A stretch of DNA of 64,000 nt from Balanoglossus misakiensis (taxonomy: Eukaryota > Animalia > Hemichordata): NCBI GenBank assembly GCA_040954595.2, contig CM082592.2, forward strand, positions 2,108,001 to 2,172,000, written 5' to 3'. The position numbers and the translations under genes are program-made. This document shows, piece after piece, positions 35,915 through 49,540 of the stretch (position 1 is its first letter; every line of letters starts with the position of its first letter). Under the pieces are notes generated by a model. That model searched no databases. It was given only the letters and a program-made list of their open reading frames with translations, and was not told the DNA's origin.

Positions 35915-38106
35915 ATGCCAAGGAAAAAGAATTGGAGAAAATCAGCTGTGAAAAAATCGGTATGTGTGTATTTGCATACTATAAAATAGTACATGCAAGT
36001 AACCTTTAAAAAAACACATGATTACATACATCATCTGCAGTAAATTCTGGTTATAATGCTGTCTGCATGCAGTCACATGAAACAGAAAATAGAGGTCTAC
36101 CTTTGAGCATGTGAAAGTAGGTCAAGGTCATTGTTTGGTCGCAGGTAGGCTTTATCAGCTAGTCCATAATGATCAGTAAAATCGAAAGTATTGTTATTTC
36201 TGCGATTTTGCGTTATTGGTTTCTCATGTCACTGTGTTTGTTTTTGAAATACAAGGCAATGAATTTTGTTGATAATTAAGGAACACTGAGTCAGCATATT
36301 TAGTGATGGTTTATTTATGGGCAAAACATTTTGTGAAGTTTATCTAAAAAAATTACAGTGACCATACGATATTTGATGGATGCATTTATTTTTATTTGAT
36401 TGAGCTATGAGTAAAATTTCATGGAAATAGTAGAAGTGAGTTTTATAGCTGTACTCAATGTAATCATATGGAAAAAGTCATATGCGCACACATTTTCCCA
36501 GTTTTGAAGTTTGTTTTAAACTTGGTAGTTTCAGAGTAGATAGAGGGTACGTTCAACTTTCCAGACTCAATTTGTCAGGTAAAGTGTGTGGTTTCAAAAG
36601 GTTCAACTGAAAAAGATTTATTAGAAAAAGTTTTATTTGATATGGAACCTTGTAAAAAGGCGAGGTTTGTAGGCGATATAATTTCAATGCTGCAATGACC
36701 TTTCGAATAAAGATTGTAAACATAAGTGTAAGACACAATGTTATGGAAGGTCAACCCTGTGCCCTTAGTAGTTATTGATAAGGTGGTGTGACAATAGCCA
36801 TGTTACTAATTTGTGCAATGTCTTTGTCCACATGTGATATAAAAATATAATGCAAGTAGCTAAATTTTGCAAATTGTATTGAAATTACAACAAATTTATA
36901 CAAAAGCTTAATTGAACACATTTGCAATGTACATTCTAGTGATAGTACTTATATCTACATGATACACACAAAACCAATTTGAATATGACACAAAATTGAC
37001 CTGTCATTGGCTGTCATCGTCATAGTACTCATCAGGGGTCAAATAAGGACAAGTGATGGAAATTAATGTAACTGTATGTTATGGTTACAAGTATGTCATG
37101 TGTACCAACACCCATGTAAAATAGCGCGATTCATGTGAAATATATACAAATCATGTAAGCGCTAATTCTCTCTTTTCTGTGTTATTCCTCAACAGGCTGA
37201 TGGACCAATCATATCAGCTGGGTCTGATTCTGGTTTGGGTGGATCCAGTAAGGTAAAACACCCTGTGCTACAAGCGACATTCAATAAGTCAGATTCATAC
37301 GGCAATGCCAATAACAGTATGTCAATATCCTCAAGCATAGAACCATACAGCAATAATATGTGTATATCTTCAAGTACCATTATTTTTAGTTTTAATACTA
37401 CTCAATCGGTTACAACCTTCAATAAGAATTCTTCGACCAGTGTGTCAAATCAAAATTCCTCTTGTATATACTACAGTGCAAATGATGCACATGACAAACA
37501 AGAATTATACTCTTCTCACAATAGTCACACTTTACACTGGGAAAGTTACACAATAGACAGTGTACTCCAAGGTAGTTTTCATCAAGGCAATGATATTTTT
37601 AGCATAAATTCATGAGGTAGACAATGTACTTGTAATGCCCTTGCTTTCCTTTGCATATCAAAAGAAAGAGAGATGACATTGACATCTAATGACTTAGATC
37701 ACATTTTACATGCTGGTGATAATTTGTACATTAAAACCACAAATGACCTCAGAGCAAGTAATAAACTATTTTCTGAAATACTAATGTTTGATGAATTGCC
37801 AAATATTGTTTACATGAATTCTGTGCAGTACAATATTACACAAGGAAGACTGTACTTTGGTATGTTAGACTGTATATCTGACTATGATGAACAAGGATGT
37901 ATGGTGTTCAGAGATGCTATGATTAACATATGTTCAATTCTAGTAACTCAGTTATGTTAACACTTGGTGGCTACAGCATGGCCCTTTCTGCAACAGATGG
38001 CAAATACTTCCTATTTGATTCTCATAGTCGAAACTCACATGGTTTCCAATGTTCTGACGGTTCAAGTATTTTATTGAGTTTTGAGACTCTAAATGATTTA
38101 ATATGA
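35915..38106 (+). pseudogene. Decayed gene with a herpesvirus large-tegument-type (peptidase C76-like) deubiquitinase domain, resembling a Helentron protein N-terminus
   Basis: Exon 35915-35959 (MPRKKNWRKSAVKKS) splices in frame to 37196. Motifs: VLQGSFHQG...(TGA)GRQCTCNAL...DLDHILHAGDNLY...YFLFDSHSRNSHG. There is a stop at 37613 and a frameshift near 37940. Confidence 0.75.
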
Positions 38107-38932
38107 TCTAATGATTTCATAACCTTAACTTCAATAGCATGACACCTACACACCCCTAGTTGAAGTCCTGTAACAACCTAACGACTATTTCAACATCATG
38201 GTGAAGATCCTAAAGGTGAGTACAATACTACAACATTTCCCTTGCCCAATACTAAATGCATCGTCCGCCAAACAAACACGCCGCGCAATATTTCCAGCGT
38301 ATGTCGTACCGCATGCTCCTGCACGTGTACACGATCGATCACCTGCTACCTCTGTATGTACACACCCGCCGTTGTCGTTATCGTTACACCTTAAACTATT
38401 GTGTATATTTCTGCACAACATAAAATTCAGAAAAGTGTCAAAATGTAGCGATAGCATGCACATGCTATCATTTATTACAACAAATAATGACAACATTACG
38501 CCATTTACCTGGTACATGTATACTTCAGTTGGTGTGTACTTGTGCGCTCAATGCCAATGGAACTATGGGTACGAGCCCATCTTTTCATACACACTTATCA
38601 TGGTTATAGCCGTGCAAGACTTCATAGACTCCAAACGGGCACGCTTACCGGACAGATCGTGACCGCAACTTCTAAGTTGCAATTCCGTGTTATCGGGGCA
38701 ATTTTCCTCCTGTGCCTACCTCTACAATGTGACTCGCTTCAGAGATCATTCGATAGTTCTCCTCGCTCTCTGTAACTTTTGTTTGTTTACCCATGGACAT
38801 CGCCGTATTGTACACAACGACCACTGAGCCATGGGACGTTGGGAGAATTTAATCGCGTCATCATGTTGCAGGCTCCATGTTGTGGTCGGTGTTCATCACT
38901 AATCATGTATCCATGCCTTCTATTCCATACAG

Positions 38933-40050
38933 GTGCAGGACACCAAACAGCCTTCGAACAACAGCCTACGGAGACGTACGTTGGTTGTCGCCGACAACAC
39001 ATCACAGTACAACGTGACTGTTTGGAACGCACTTACAGACCACCTATCACTAGCTATTAACAACACAATCGTAATCACCAATGTAAAAAAATCTGCTAAC
39101 TACTCAAGGCTAACAACCCGATATCAAAGTGAAATCAAGGTAAGCCATCAACTTCCATCCACTGCAAAGGTCAAGACATCCCTATAATGGACTACATGCC
39201 CCAACCTACAAACTCTACATCTGCCAATAACCATGACCTTCAAAAGTATCACTGTTCATTCCTTCTGTGACATCTATACCTTAATTATACCTGTATCACA
39301 TAAAACATATATCTCTTTAACATCAACAGATACCAAATCAACAACAACTGGACAACTATGAACATGCTGTAAAAGACGATGTCACTGATGACCTATCTGA
39401 AGACTCGGACAGTGATGCCCACTGGACATCTGGAGCAATCCAGGCCATCACATCAGTCGAAAAAAAAACACCAGAATGCACCAATGTACAATGCATTGGA
39501 GTTATTGGTGACAATCGGAGGTACGTGCACACCACAGTACAATATTTCACCCGCAATTCTCAGTGACTTGTATTTAAAAGAAAATGACATGACGTACTTA
39601 TACATTTATCTATTTCTATGTATATCTAAGAAAAGTACCTTCAGGAATTACAATTTAGAGTGAAAATTCCAAAATCCAAATTTAAAAGCCATAGCAATCA
39701 ACGCATTTATGCATAATTTCTTAAATCATTTGAAATGGTTATTGGTAATTGAATTGGTAATTAACAATAACTCTCTCCGTCATGTTTTTTGCAGATGCCG
39801 CATGTGCAAACAACATAAATCACAGACAGTGCGTATGGGCTATGTGGTACAGTTTATGGTCACAACGTGCTCAACACAGATCTACACAATCTACCCATGC
39901 GTGACCAGATACCTGCTTCGCCATCTGCATATTTCCACAGCCAACAAGACACCCGACCAACTTCAGCAAGCAATCACGGACAGATTAATTTCACCGATAC
40001 CTCTTAAGTTCAAAGCTCACAACCGCATCATTGTTGAAGCAAAATTCTGA
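38933..40050 (+). CDS. RPA70-like ssDNA-binding protein (OB fold plus C4 zinc ribbon), 3' exons; 5' part decayed
   Basis: In-phase GT-AG exons 38933-39139, 39330-39520 and 39795-40050. Motifs RRRTLVVADNTSQYNVTVWN...IVITNVK (OB-fold pattern) and ECTNVQC-x9-CRMC spanning the last splice junction. Confidence 0.6.
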
Positions 40051-41734
40051 ACTCAACTGGTTTCCTCATTTACAAACAGCACATTATTTTCTCCTGTTAT
40101 TTTGTTGTAATGTTGTACTCAAACTCTAAACATCAGCGCATATATGCCAATTGTACGACCATTACATACAGTTATTATTTTTTTGTTTTATTTTGTTTTT
40201 GTTATTTATTGTAAGGTTGTAGTCTTATTTCCAACAGCCGTATTTTTTTTGTTTTGTTTTTTTTCCGCTTTTTTTGTTGCAATGTGTAATCTAACTTTCA
40301 AATACACGTACATGTATACAGGTTAGGCAGACACCATACTGCTTGCAGATGCACAGGCATCATCTCATAATGTGACGTTTCATTTGTTGAACAAAATCAT
40401 AACATATGTCATTTTAACTTTGCCCCTCCCACTGCCAACCGGGCCCCCTCCTCCATCCAAATACATTGTACATGTAAGATATTTGGTTGCCATTCTGAAA
40501 TATTGCTAAACAAATAGGTAGTTCTACATTGATCCCAGTCTTCAGTTTATCATTCATCATTCATTCGTCATATTTTTGTTTACTTATTTGTTTATACTTT
40601 ATGCTGTATGTGTTGTCAGTATTGCTGTCTGGAACAACCATTGATGCAGCTGTTAATTTCTCTGCCAGAAGACACTTTTTTGAATCTTTACCATTTTCTT
40701 TGTTATGTTTGAAAACACTTCCACACAACCATACTCTCAAAGGAGACCTCATAAATTAACATCATTAGAAAAAACACACACATGGCTGGTGCAGGCACAT
40801 CAGCTGAAAAGCAGTGTGTACATGCATATTTCAGGAGTGAAAAGAAACCTGTATTGCTTTGATTGACTCATTTTCTGTGCATTATTTCCTTGTTTTTAAT
40901 GTTGCTTTGTTTGTTGCAATATTCCAGCAGCAGTATTTTTTTGTTAGATTTCTGTTTTTGTATGTTCAATAAAAAATATTTCACAAAATTATCACTATCG
41001 TCATAGTTTCCCTTCACGCCTTAAGTCTTGCATTATCCACTCCACAGTAGTCCAGTACTCTTTTCGGTAGCTTGTGGTCCACAGTTTGATATCAGACTAA
41101 ATCCATACAGTCCCTTCGGCTTGCAACGACGAAGCCATACAAATGTACAAAATACACAACCACTATGCTTTGCGCCAATGTATGTGATTAAATATTCCAC
41201 TGCAAATCTGTTTCTGGCCAATCCTCAAATGGGACCACAGTGTCCTTGACGCTATTTTTTAAATTTATACCTCTATAGTTAAGCTATGTCCACGTCTTAT
41301 TGTGGAATTCTGGTCTGTGCAATGGTCTTGTATAGTTACTGGCTATTGGCCAGTGAGCAGAATGGGACCAAAATAAAAGGCAAAATTTTAGGCTCACCTG
41401 TAACACCTGCTTAACTCATTAAATATTTGCATACCTAATTCCTGGCTAACAAATAGGGCTAGAGGTTTCGTTCTTGTGGGACATGGACAAGTATGGGGTC
41501 AACATTTGTTGCCCAAATTTTGGGTGACCTCAGGTGACCTTTGACCTACTTTCCTATATCTAAGCACCTAGAGCAGGTACAGACATGGCATTTGGAGGGT
41601 TGGGACTACAATCGAAAAGCCAAATTGGGGGTCACCTGTGACACCTGCTCATCTCATTAATTATGTACATACCTAATTCTGGGCTAACTAATAGGGCAAG
41701 AGGTTTTGTTCTTAAACAAGAGTCTTGGCTGGCG

Positions 41735-42616
41735 AAGATGGTTGCATCCGTTTCCTACCGAAGTTGTCGATTTGGAAACAAGGCGTAGATGGCAAAAACA
41801 CATAAACAGAAAGGATCATGGGAAGGGGAATGATTGGACACCAAGATAAAAGAAGCCCGTCTACTGAACAAACTTGGCTACAATGATAGAAGCGGGAAAA
41901 CCGTTTCGTGTTGAAAACCACCAGTGTTAAAGGTCTTCACAGCACGATTCCCGCTGTCACCGAATCTGGTGATCAGCAATGCGGTAAGGATGACAATGCC
42001 ACCCTACCAGCCTCAAACACATACCCGATTGATAGTGCTGAAATGCCTGTAACCGATTCTCCTATATTCGATGGCCATTCTGTCAGTAAATGTGAGCAAA
42101 CACGGCCATTAATGAGGCCTATTGTTATTACGATTTTGAAAATCCTGATCTGATGCTGGGAAAGGGCAAGAGGGAAATTGAAATTGGGAATTAAGACAAC
42201 ATTCATGTGAGTAATCTTAGATGAGAAGTCAGAATTCATGAAAAGAAATTGTTGAAAAAGGAAAGGCATCCTCAGATTTATTCACACGAATTTAATTATC
42301 GATTGAAGAAAGTTAAAGCTTTCCGCAGGGTTGCCAAATCGCAAACCGTTTGACTTTTATTTGATAGCTATGTTATAGGACAAATTGCCAAAAATATATG
42401 GGCCGTGAAAAAAACATTATCAGGGGTTGGCAGGTTTCAACGAAAGCCAAACAATTTAAGGACCACTCCATATCTTGGGGCCCAAAGATGAATACTTCAT
42501 GACCCTGATGAAATTACGACCGGGAAGTGCTAAATGTAGATTTAGCTGTCCGTTTCGGTATAAGTGTCCTTTCTGTGAGCAAAATAATAAACACATGGGT
42601 ACGGTTTCTATCCAAA
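41735..42616 (+). pseudogene. Degraded THAP + HTH fragment of an ISL2EU/Harbinger-type transposase
   Basis: LHPFPTEVVDLETRRRWQKHINRKD...WTP (THAP) and KDEYFMTLMKLR...DLAVRFGISVLSVSKIINTWVRFLS, which parallels the HTH region of ORF 61721. Stops and frameshifts are present. Confidence 0.75.
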
Positions 42617-43452
42617 TAAATAAATAATCCCCATGCAGAGAAATACCAGTTCAACATTTGCCCATCATATTGCAAACGCTAACTATAGAAATATCTGCAG
42701 ACACATCGTACCCAGTATTTACAGGGCAAAGGGGGGGGGGGGGGTTAAATTACAGAACAACGAACCTGTAATCACAGATCGGACAGTATGAAGTTCTAGA
42801 AAGGGTATTATAGCAATTCTTTAAAATAACAGAGACAGTGAAAGAAAGTTTTGTAGGTATTGCCACTGAAAAATATTTCTTCACATTCACAAGGACATAT
42901 CACATTGAGGCATAAGAATTAATAGACTGTCATTTTTTTGGCGGACACCCCAAATTTTCATGCAAAAATATTAGCCCCTCCTGGAAATCCTCCAATAATA
43001 ATTGAGCGAAGCGAGGTGATTATTTCACCCAAATATGCTAATTTTCTCCTGAGAGGTCTTATATCCGTACCAAATACCCGAGCGCACCGTTTATAACCTC
43101 ATTATAATATGATTTTGCTTGATAAAGATAAACAATTTCATTTTTTCAAATCCGTTGTTTGGTTGGGAATAAATCATGCCAGTTCAAGGGCCTCGTCGCG
43201 CACTGTTCCAGAACACGCAATCTGAGCTCGTGCCAACGTGTTCTAGAAGTTCTAAAGTCACGCGATTTTATGCCACCGCCAATAGGATTTATAAAGTGCG
43301 TTCTATTCAGGAGCGTTCCCTTCTACGTGTTCTATTTCGGTTACTTTTTTAAAACTATTCACTGTTCAGGGTCCAGGTACTAGGTCTTCTTGTCTAGAAT
43401 ATAAACCCCGGCTCCAGCCAATCAGCGAGCTGGATTCACACCAAGCATATTA

Positions 43453-45823
43453 CAGTCGCATCGATGACCCATATTAGGAGTTGCTTATTAGCATAAAAAT
43501 TAACATATCATTAATATGTAGAACGCGATCTGACCAATGACGCGCCCGGAAAGCCGCGCCTCTCACCCATTTCCCCGCCCTTTGTTAAGAAAATCACGAC
43601 TTTTTCTTTTCAAATGTAAATTTTGGGGTCAAATACGCTGTTTGGGGATATCCCGTCAATTGAAAATAAGAAAGTACGAGTCAAACTTGCTACCGGGTCA
43701 ATAAGAAAATTTTTCACCAGTGCTTTTGTGAAATATTTAATTTTGATTTTGGCGTCTACGCTATTTTTTGAGGATTTCGCCTGAAAGATGGCGTTATTAG
43801 ACAGAGCATGTAGATTGAAGGCGTTCATCGAGAGCCAAGGTTTCTTAGTGACGGTGATCACCTGACTTGTCTACTAGCTAGTATATCACCGCGCACAGCA
43901 ACCAAAGCAAAATAAAGCGACATGCACCCCCAAAAGACATACATGTATTAGTATACTGTTAGGCAGTTACATGTAAACAACGCCGTTGAAATATGATGCG
44001 GACGCCTGGGAAGTATACAGGCACTTGCAATGGGTGCCGCCCGCCCGTGTCCTCGCCCCTCACTAGACAGATGATGGCCGCATATTTCCTAAACCCATGG
44101 AGGTACTAAGAGATGCCAAAGGAACGCCCGTTGTCTTTATTCTAGACGTCTGACGATGTGGTTGCGTTATAGTTGTGCAAAGTTTGATTTTGCCGATACT
44201 ACTCCCCTCTACTGTCCAGCATGTAAGTGCGTGCTGCCCACCCTCACGTCGCCACACAAACAGGCTGACAGTTGTAGCCTGGACAAATGGCCTTGTTTAT
44301 TTCGTCCTACGTAACATCAAAGGTTGTCATTTCACCACGATCATAATAAGCTCTACCGTTTTAATTTTGTTGTGAGCCAACTTAAACTTTGAGCGGCTGG
44401 GCTGGAAATAATAATCCCTCTTCATGTAGTAATGCAAAGTAATGAGTTGCGACTTACAGACTAATAAACACTATGTCGAAACACGTCATTCACTCTTTGC
44501 GGAGGGACGTCGTCGATATTGTTTGAACACCCAGGGGTGCAGCGCAGCCAGCCCGTACGGTTTCCAGTTGGTCAGTTCGCCGTTTTACTGCAACTTGCCC
44601 TTTCCGTCTAGGTCGTCAATTCATACACCAAGTCACGTCATGTTCCCTACCTTTATTCAAAGAGTAACCCTCATGTTTGATTGTCGAAAACGTAGACACA
44701 TTCTTATTCCATCACGAAAACAATTATTACCAGCGATCGACACATGCGACAGACTGACAGTATGAAGATCAAAAGTCATAGGTCAAAGGGTACGGTTGAG
44801 TCCCGTTTTTTTTCGTGACGAGTTTCAGTGTGATGCAAAATATTCAATTCAGTCGCATAACTAAAATCAATAGATAAATGTAATAACTGTCTACTGGTAC
44901 TTGTCTTTTGAATGATGTATGGCCCTGAAGAAAGGTCGTGTGTTTTGGTTGCGGTGATACCAGTCAGGTGACCACCGTCACTTCATTTCATGCATTAGTC
45001 TCGGTTACCCAGACGCCTTTGCTTCTTCCGATGCTCTCCAGAAAAGGGTCTGGGGAAATGCTATTGAAAGCTTTGTAAAACAAAATGGCCGATGTCAGGA
45101 TTTTGATCATCGCCTGATTGGCTGAGCTCTCAGTATGACCCGGGTCATTGCAATAGTTTCGACAATCGTCTACCAAAGATATTTCATATAATTTCTCCAA
45201 CAATGCTAACAGAGGACGCCTTTTGCCTTTCGCATCAACCAACAAGTACCAGTCTCTTGATATGAAGATACAACAAATAATCACACATTGTCGAGAGTCA
45301 GTGACCCGGGTCATACTGAGAGCTCAGCCAATCAGGCGATGATCAAAATCCTGACATCGGCCATTTTGTTTTACAAAGCTTTCAATAGCATTTCCCCAGA
45401 CCCTTTTCTGGAGAGCATCGGAAGAAGCAAAGGCGTCTGGGTAACCGAGACTATTCATGCATCGGTCTGTCTAATACCAGGTCGCCATCTTTCAGGCGAA
45501 ATCCTCAAAAAATAGCGTAGACGCCAAAATCAAAATTAAATATTTCACAAAAGCACTGGTGAAAAATTTTCTTATTGACCCGGTAGCAAGTTTGACTCGT
45601 ACTTTCTTATTTTCAATTGACGGGATATCCCCAAACAGCGTATTTGACCCCAAAATTTACATTTGAAAAGAAAAAGTCGTGATTTTCTTAACAAAGGGCG
45701 GGGAAATGGGTGAGAGGCGCGGCTTTCCGGGCGCGTCATTGGTCAGATCGCGTTCTACATATTAATGATATGTTAATTTTTATGCTAATAAGCAACTCCT
45801 AATATGGGTCATCGATGCGACTG
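43453..45823. mobile_element. Non-autonomous DNA transposon with 341-bp near-perfect TIRs
   Basis: 43453-43793 is the reverse complement of 45483-45823. Termini are CAG..CTG, flanked by tatta on both sides (TA or 5-bp TSD). Confidence 0.9.
44996..45453. mobile_element. AcademH-like MITE (TAG..CTA, 9-bp TSD, ~150-bp TIRs)
   Basis: tagtctcggttacccagacgcc...ggcgtctgggtaaccgagacta. TSD ttcatgcat on both sides. Confidence 0.9.
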
Positions 45824-46461
45824 TATTATAATTTCTGAATAAACCTTAAAGCTGCACAGTTGATGGCAAATACCATTTTGGGTATATTTGTATTTTGTGA
45901 AATAAACATCGATATACAAACCTTTAACATGAAAATAATTGCCCTACCCATGGACTCGGGTCAAATTTACAAGGACATATCACATTGAGGCATAAGAATT
46001 AATAAGGTTGTTTTTTTTTCATAGCACCCCCCCCCCTTAAAAGACTGTCATTTTTTTTGGCAGACACCCCAAATTTTCATGCAAAAATATTATCCCCTGG
46101 AAGTATTTTCTGAATAATCCTTAAGCAGACAGTAGCCTAATTAATATACACGCATCATCATATGCATCACTACAATGAAACAGGTCATCCGCGAACGAGG
46201 CTGTAAGGCGTGACTTCCTGACCAGTATGCCAAATCGATCAGATACAAATAGCTTCACGTCGTGTAAACACCTCGCCGACTGATAAAACCCGCACCGCTC
46301 GGCAGCCATACACCCAACGCAATCTTGAACACGGTCTAGCTAAATAACACCAAGTTGTTCGGCCTTAGAGGAAGCAACGAACATAGACAAATGAAATGGG
46401 GCGATGTGACAACAGCGACAGACGAAAATTTGGAACCTAATCTGCAATGAGTCAAGTCAAG

Positions 46462-48959
46462 GGGTGAGACTAAAACGAAGGAAACCGAAGGAAACTGAAG
46501 GACACTGTTTTTTCCATATTTTAGTGCGAATGAAATGGTTTTCTCTATGCTGGTGGCCGAAGGACTGGTTTAGCTTCGAATTAAACGCCGAAGGAAAGCG
46601 AATGACGCTGATTTATCCATATTTAAGTGCGAAGGAAAAGGTTTTCTCTATGCTGGTGGCCGAAGGACAGGTTTGGTTCGGTAATTAATTATGCTGGTGG
46701 CCGAAGGACAGGTTTAGTTCGGTAATTAAAGCCGAAGGACGGGTGTAGCTCCGTAATTTTGGCCGAAGGAAAGCGAAGGACACTGATTTTTCCATATTTT
46801 AGTGCGAAGGACACGGTTTTCTCTATGCTGGAGGCCAAGGGACTGGTTTAGCTTCGAATTAAACGCCGAAGGACGGGTGTAGCTCCGTAATTTTGGCCGA
46901 AGGAAAGCGAAGGACACTGATTTTTCCATATTTTAGTGCGAAGGACACGGTTTTCTCTATGCTGGAGGCCAAGGGACTGGTTTAGCTTCGAATTAAACGC
47001 CGAAGGACGGGTGTAGCTCCGTAATTTTTGCCGAAGGAAACCGAAGGACACTGATTTTTCCACATTTTAGTGCGAAGGACACGGTTTTCTCTATGCTGGG
47101 GGCCGAAGGACTGGTTTAGCTTCGAATTAAACGCCGAAGGAAACCGAAGGACGCTGATTTATCCATATTTTAGTACGAAGGACACGGTTTTCTGTATGCT
47201 GGGGGCCGAAGGACAAGTTTAGCTCAGTAATTAACGCCGAAGGACAAGTGTAGCTCCGTAATTTAGGCCGAAGGAAAGCGAAGGACGCTCATATCTCCAT
47301 ATTTTAGGGCGAAGGGAAGCCAGTAAGGTGCGGAATTGCGTTTTATCGTTTTTAGAAAGTTTAGCTACAAGTGTAGAAAGCTAAATTAGCTGTAGCTAAA
47401 TAGTTCTAAACTATCTAAGTTTTAAGGATAATTATCACTACGATAATTATCGCTTTCTAAATATCGTTCTAAATTTATAAATTAGCCACAGTTTAGAAAG
47501 CCCCCCCCCCCCGACAAAAATTTTCTGCCGACGATATAAGTGCTGTATTTCCATTCCAATATTTGCGGAATTTTCATTTATGATTTCAATTGGTGCATTT
47601 CAATTTCAATATTTGCGGACGGGAGAATGTTGGGAATCGTTTATTGCCCAAATCAAGCCTTATCTCAAAACTCCTCTCAGTTTATTGAGATATGGGCTTC
47701 GTTTGTATGACACCATTGTTCTGTGCAACGACTGAAGTCTCAGGTTAATCAATGTCTTAACACCATTGTTCTACCATTATGAGGTGTTGTAAAATGTCAG
47801 AGTTAGAACTTCGGCTATATATACTGTTAAAATAAAACAAAGATCACATTTGACTTCCCACCGAAGTACTGGCCATCCCGTCTCTCTCTTCATTCCGAGC
47901 CTACTTCCAAAGTGTACGCCGTACATTTGTAAACGCCCAAGTAGTCCAACTTTCTAAACTGCTGCTAGTTTAGAAAGTTTAGAACGATATTTAGAAAGTG
48001 ATAATTATCTTGAAAAAAGCCGTGTTTATCATTATTAGCTAAATTAGCTTCCTTAGACAATACATGTAGTTTAGAAATGCCCCTTCAATAAGACACAATT
48101 AGGAAACTCAGGAAAGCGAAGGACAGTGATTCTCCATATTTTAGGGAGAAGGACATTAGTATCCATCTCTCTGTATCTCGGAACTAGGATATCAATAGTG
48201 TGATCTTGTGTTGAGATCGTTTTTTGTCAGTTGTTTTTCATTTCCAGTTCATGGAACGTAATGTCGGCTTTTCCCGGTGAAGCATTTGAGCCCACGGTAC
48301 AACTGCATGTTTGCTTGTAGAATTTGTTGTTTAATTCAAAAGTATTGTTACGTAGAATTAGTGATAGCGTTTCCATGAGGTATGTTTGTTTAGATTTGTT
48401 TCGTGTAAACATGACACTCTACTTAAGATCTCGACATTGATATCAGTAACTCTGGTCAGACGTGTACTAGCTGACGCCAAGTCTCTGATAATCGTGAGAG
48501 AATCGTGTCCTTCGCCCTAAAATATGGAAATATGACTGTCCTTCCTTTTCCTTCGCCCTAAAAAATGGAAATATGACTGTCCTTCGCTTTCCTTCGCCCT
48601 AAATGACTGAGCTACACCTGTCCTTCGGCCTCTAGCATACAGAAAACCTCGTCCTTCGGCCGAAAATAGGGATAAATCAGCGTCCTTCGGTTTCCTTCGC
48701 CCTAAATGACTGAGCTACACCTGTCCTTCGGCCTCTAGCATACAGAAAACCTCGTCCTTCGCACTAAAATATGGATAAATCAGTGTCCTTCGGTTTCCTT
48801 CGCCCTAAATTACGGAGCTACACCCGTCCTTAAGCTTTAATTCGAAGCTAAACCAGTCCTTCGGCCTCCAGCATACAGAAAACCGTGTCCTTCGCACTAA
48901 AATATGGATAAATCAGTGTCCTTCGGTTTCCTTCGGTTTCCTTCGTTTTAGGTTATGCT
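46462..48959. mobile_element. Foldback-like element whose long inverted arms are built from tandem subrepeats; 8-bp TSD
   Basis: The left arm (46470-47315) has ~134-bp units rich in ccgaagga, and the right arm (48505-48950) is the inverted version (tccttcgg). The TIR core is ctaaaacgaaggaaaccgaagg. aagtcaag flanks both ends. Confidence 0.8.
48190..48412 (-). pseudogene. Penelope-like reverse transcriptase fragment
   Basis: LSLILRNNTFELNNKFYKQTCSCTVGSNASPGKADITFHELE resembles the PLE RT motif L.LIL.NN.F.F...Y.Q..G.AMGS..SP..A.I.M..LE. Confidence 0.7.
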
Positions 48960-49540
48960 AAGTCAAGCGCGCACGTCTCTGAAATTTCAGCTGATTGTCA
49001 ATATGAATACCCATCGTGTCAGTATCGCCAGAAACAAATGAGGATGCTCTTTCAGCGAAATGACCGGCGACTGGTACTGGCCGAGAATATTGGATCAGGG
49101 GATGTATTCAGTGTGTGGGGTCAGCCCGGATCTTATATCTTCCAATAACGCCAGTACACTGTACCGTGACCGCAAGGTGTTCAACAAAATTTTAAAAAAA
49201 ATTCCCGCTGTGATGTTAGTTGGACGCAGATATGTTTTACGTAGACTAGGCCACTAGTCGCTCGGTGATTTTTAAATCTCAATACTTTTTGTGTTTTCGG
49301 TGTTTTTTTGTCTTAATAAATAATTGCAATACTTTTTGCGTGCATGCTTGCCTTGAGCGTGTTTTTGGTAGTGAGGTGAGTTTCGAATTTGGGACTGAGC
49401 TTGTGGTTTCGGATAGGGTCGCGTTCCCTACACACATGGGCCGAGTTCGATTGTGACCCGAGTAGCTGGCGCTGACGTCATCCCATTCTAGTTAGCATGC
49501 GCATAACCGTAACCCGCGAGAGTTCAAACGAACGCAACCC

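Larger units (their letters stand above)
33891..41713 (+). mobile_element. Long Helentron-derived element (copy 3) carrying DUB-like and RPA-like genes, with no Rep/helicase core
   Basis: Same 5' hairpin, microsatellite and core as the other HINE copies, plus internal genes typical of Helitron/Helentron cargo and duplicated subterminal blocks at about 41390-41475 and 41630-41713. The right boundary is uncertain. Confidence 0.55.

Noticed and set aside
46726-47063. Repeated 67-71-aa ORFs
   Set aside because: They are translations of the 134-bp subrepeats of the foldback arm.
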